Virus record (IMG/VR): IMGVR_UViG_3300020030_000036
Span: 1-6,037 of that record
Reading direction: 5' to 3' (one strand)
DNA: 6,037 bases
Source of the DNA: a virus
The number at the start of each line of letters is the position of its first letter. Within the stretch, counting starts at the first letter, position 1. Made by a program: the position numbers and the translations under genes. Below are positions 5,207 through 6,037 of this stretch, piece after piece. The notes below the pieces were generated by a model. The model did no database searches and had not been told where the DNA came from. It saw only the letters and a list, made by a program, of their open reading frames with translations.

Positions 5207-6037
5207 TGCCTTGTTCGTCACCTATATGGATACGCAATCGTCGCTATTTTGACAAGAAGAATCCCTGTCGTAATGGCTCCGATGTCGCCAAGTCCGCCCT
5301 GGCTCTCCGTCCCTGGGATATCGCGCGTCAATGGCTTATGGTCCCATGTGGAAAGTGCGAAGACTGCCTGCGTCGTCAACGTAATGATTGGTTTGTCCGG
5401 CTCGAGCGTGAGCTTGCCCGTTGTAAGGCTGATGGTCAGCAAGCCATTTTTATTACAATAACGATCGCTCCAAAGCACTACGACAAAGCCCTGCTTGACC
5501 CGTCCTGGTTTATTCGAAAATTCAACGAGCGACTACGGCATAAACTCGGCCATTCGTTTAAACACGCTTTTTTTCAGGAGTTTGGCACCCACCCAGAAAC
5601 GGGAAATGAACCCCGATTGCATTTTCATGGCTTTTTATTTGGCACAAACGTTCTCTATAACACGATTCGTTCTGCTGTTCGAGACCTCGGTTTCGTATGG
5701 CTTGCAAAAGCGACACACAAACGTGCTCGCTACTGCGTTAAGTATGTTACTAAACAAATTCAGTTTAATCCCGAAGAAATTTCGGGTAAATTCGTTACCG
5801 TAAATGGAACAATTACACCTTTATCTTGCCTCCTCCAACATCGCCGTTATACGCGAAAATTCGTATCTGCTGGCGTTGGTGATTTTCTTGGCTACATGCC
5901 TCGTCCTTCTGTTCGTACTTCGTCGTGGTCTTACTTTGATTTTGAGAAGCGTATCAGTTATAACTACTCGATTCCTCGATACTACCTTAGATATCTTAAA
6001 CCGGAAGATGACGTTGTTCGCTCGATTACCGCTGCTG
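5206..6037 (+). CDS. Replication initiation protein (Microviridae VP4 / protein A-like, HUH rolling-circle endonuclease), N-terminal portion. It runs off the window end and continues at 1..360.
   Basis: My own translation of frame 1 from ATG 5206 gives MPCSSPIWIRNRRYFDKKNPC...MVPCGKCEDCLRRQRNDWFVRL. This contains the typical microvirus Rep N-terminus and CxxCxxC box. It also contains motif 1 FITITI (5449-5466), HUH motif LHFHGFLF (HFHGFLF at 5620-5640) and the catalytic Tyr motif YCVKYVTK (5731-5754). The ORF track does not list it because it has no stop inside the window end. Stops at 5182 and 5191 in this frame exclude an earlier start. Confidence 0.93.
   Translation, partial: MPCSSPIWIRNRRYFDKKNPCRNGSDVAKSALALRPWDIARQWLMVPCGKCEDCLRRQRNDWFVRLERELARCKADGQQAIFITITIAPKHYDKALLDPSWFIRKFNERLRHKLGHSFKHAFFQEFGTHPETGNEPRLHFHGFLFGTNVLYNTIRSAVRDLGFVWLAKATHKRARYCVKYVTKQIQFNPEEISGKFVTVNGTITPLSCLLQHRRYTRKFVSAGVGDFLGYMPRPSVRTSSWSYFDFEKRISYNYSIPRYYLRYLKPEDDVVRSITAA
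5917..6037. repeat. Terminal redundancy: exact copy of 1..121
   Basis: Identical 121-nt string at both window ends. Confidence 0.95.

Noticed and set aside
349-5478. All minus-strand ORFs in the track (349..609, 1149..1367, 1255..1557, 3086..3343, 3849..4094, 3974..4276, 4450..4644, 4724..4963, 5000..5221, 5218..5478)
   Set aside because: Each is short and lies antisense to a well-supported + strand gene or across the structured intergenic hairpin. None shows a recognisable motif. Microviridae genomes are transcribed from one strand only. The Arg/Ser-rich compositions look like antisense translation artefacts.
5046-5803. Plus-strand ORFs 5046..5252, 5249..5461 and 5495..5803
   Set aside because: 5046 and 5249 start at TTG. 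All three overlap ORF 5006..5206 or Rep out of frame. The true Rep frame, with its HUH and Tyr motifs, occupies this region, so these are shadows of it.

Overview
The window is a complete, circularly permuted genome of a small ssDNA phage of the family Microviridae, of the non-phiX174 (non-Bullavirinae) type. Bases 1-121 are identical to bases 5917-6037, so the real unit is a 5,916-nt circle and the window simply overruns its own start. All credible genes lie on the + strand and are tightly packed. In order they are: a rolling-circle replication initiator (VP4/protein A-like) that spans the window junction (5206..5916 joined to 1..360, 356 aa); the major capsid protein VP1/F-like (364..2163); a small acidic protein (2176..2472); a small membrane protein with a lipoprotein signal peptide and lipobox (2495 or 2606..2797); the VP2/H-like minor capsid or DNA-pilot protein (2799..4061); and a block of three small ORFs of unknown function (4142..4453, 4465..4788, 5006..5206). 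This accessory block sits between VP2 and Rep. It is preceded by a Bacteroides-type promoter (TTTG-N19-TAtaTTTG) and interrupted by a GC-rich structured intergenic region containing a perfect 11-bp-stem hairpin followed by a T-run. Gene starts lack Shine-Dalgarno sequences and have AT-rich upstream contexts, which together with the promoter type suggests a Bacteroidota host (Alpavirinae-like), though this is inference. No tRNA, rRNA, CRISPR array, transposase or integrase is visible. The items most worth follow-up are the tiny lipoprotein as a candidate lysis or exclusion factor, the uncharacterised three-ORF accessory cassette, and the structured intergenic region. All family assignments come from reading the translated ORFs against remembered conserved motifs; no database search was possible.
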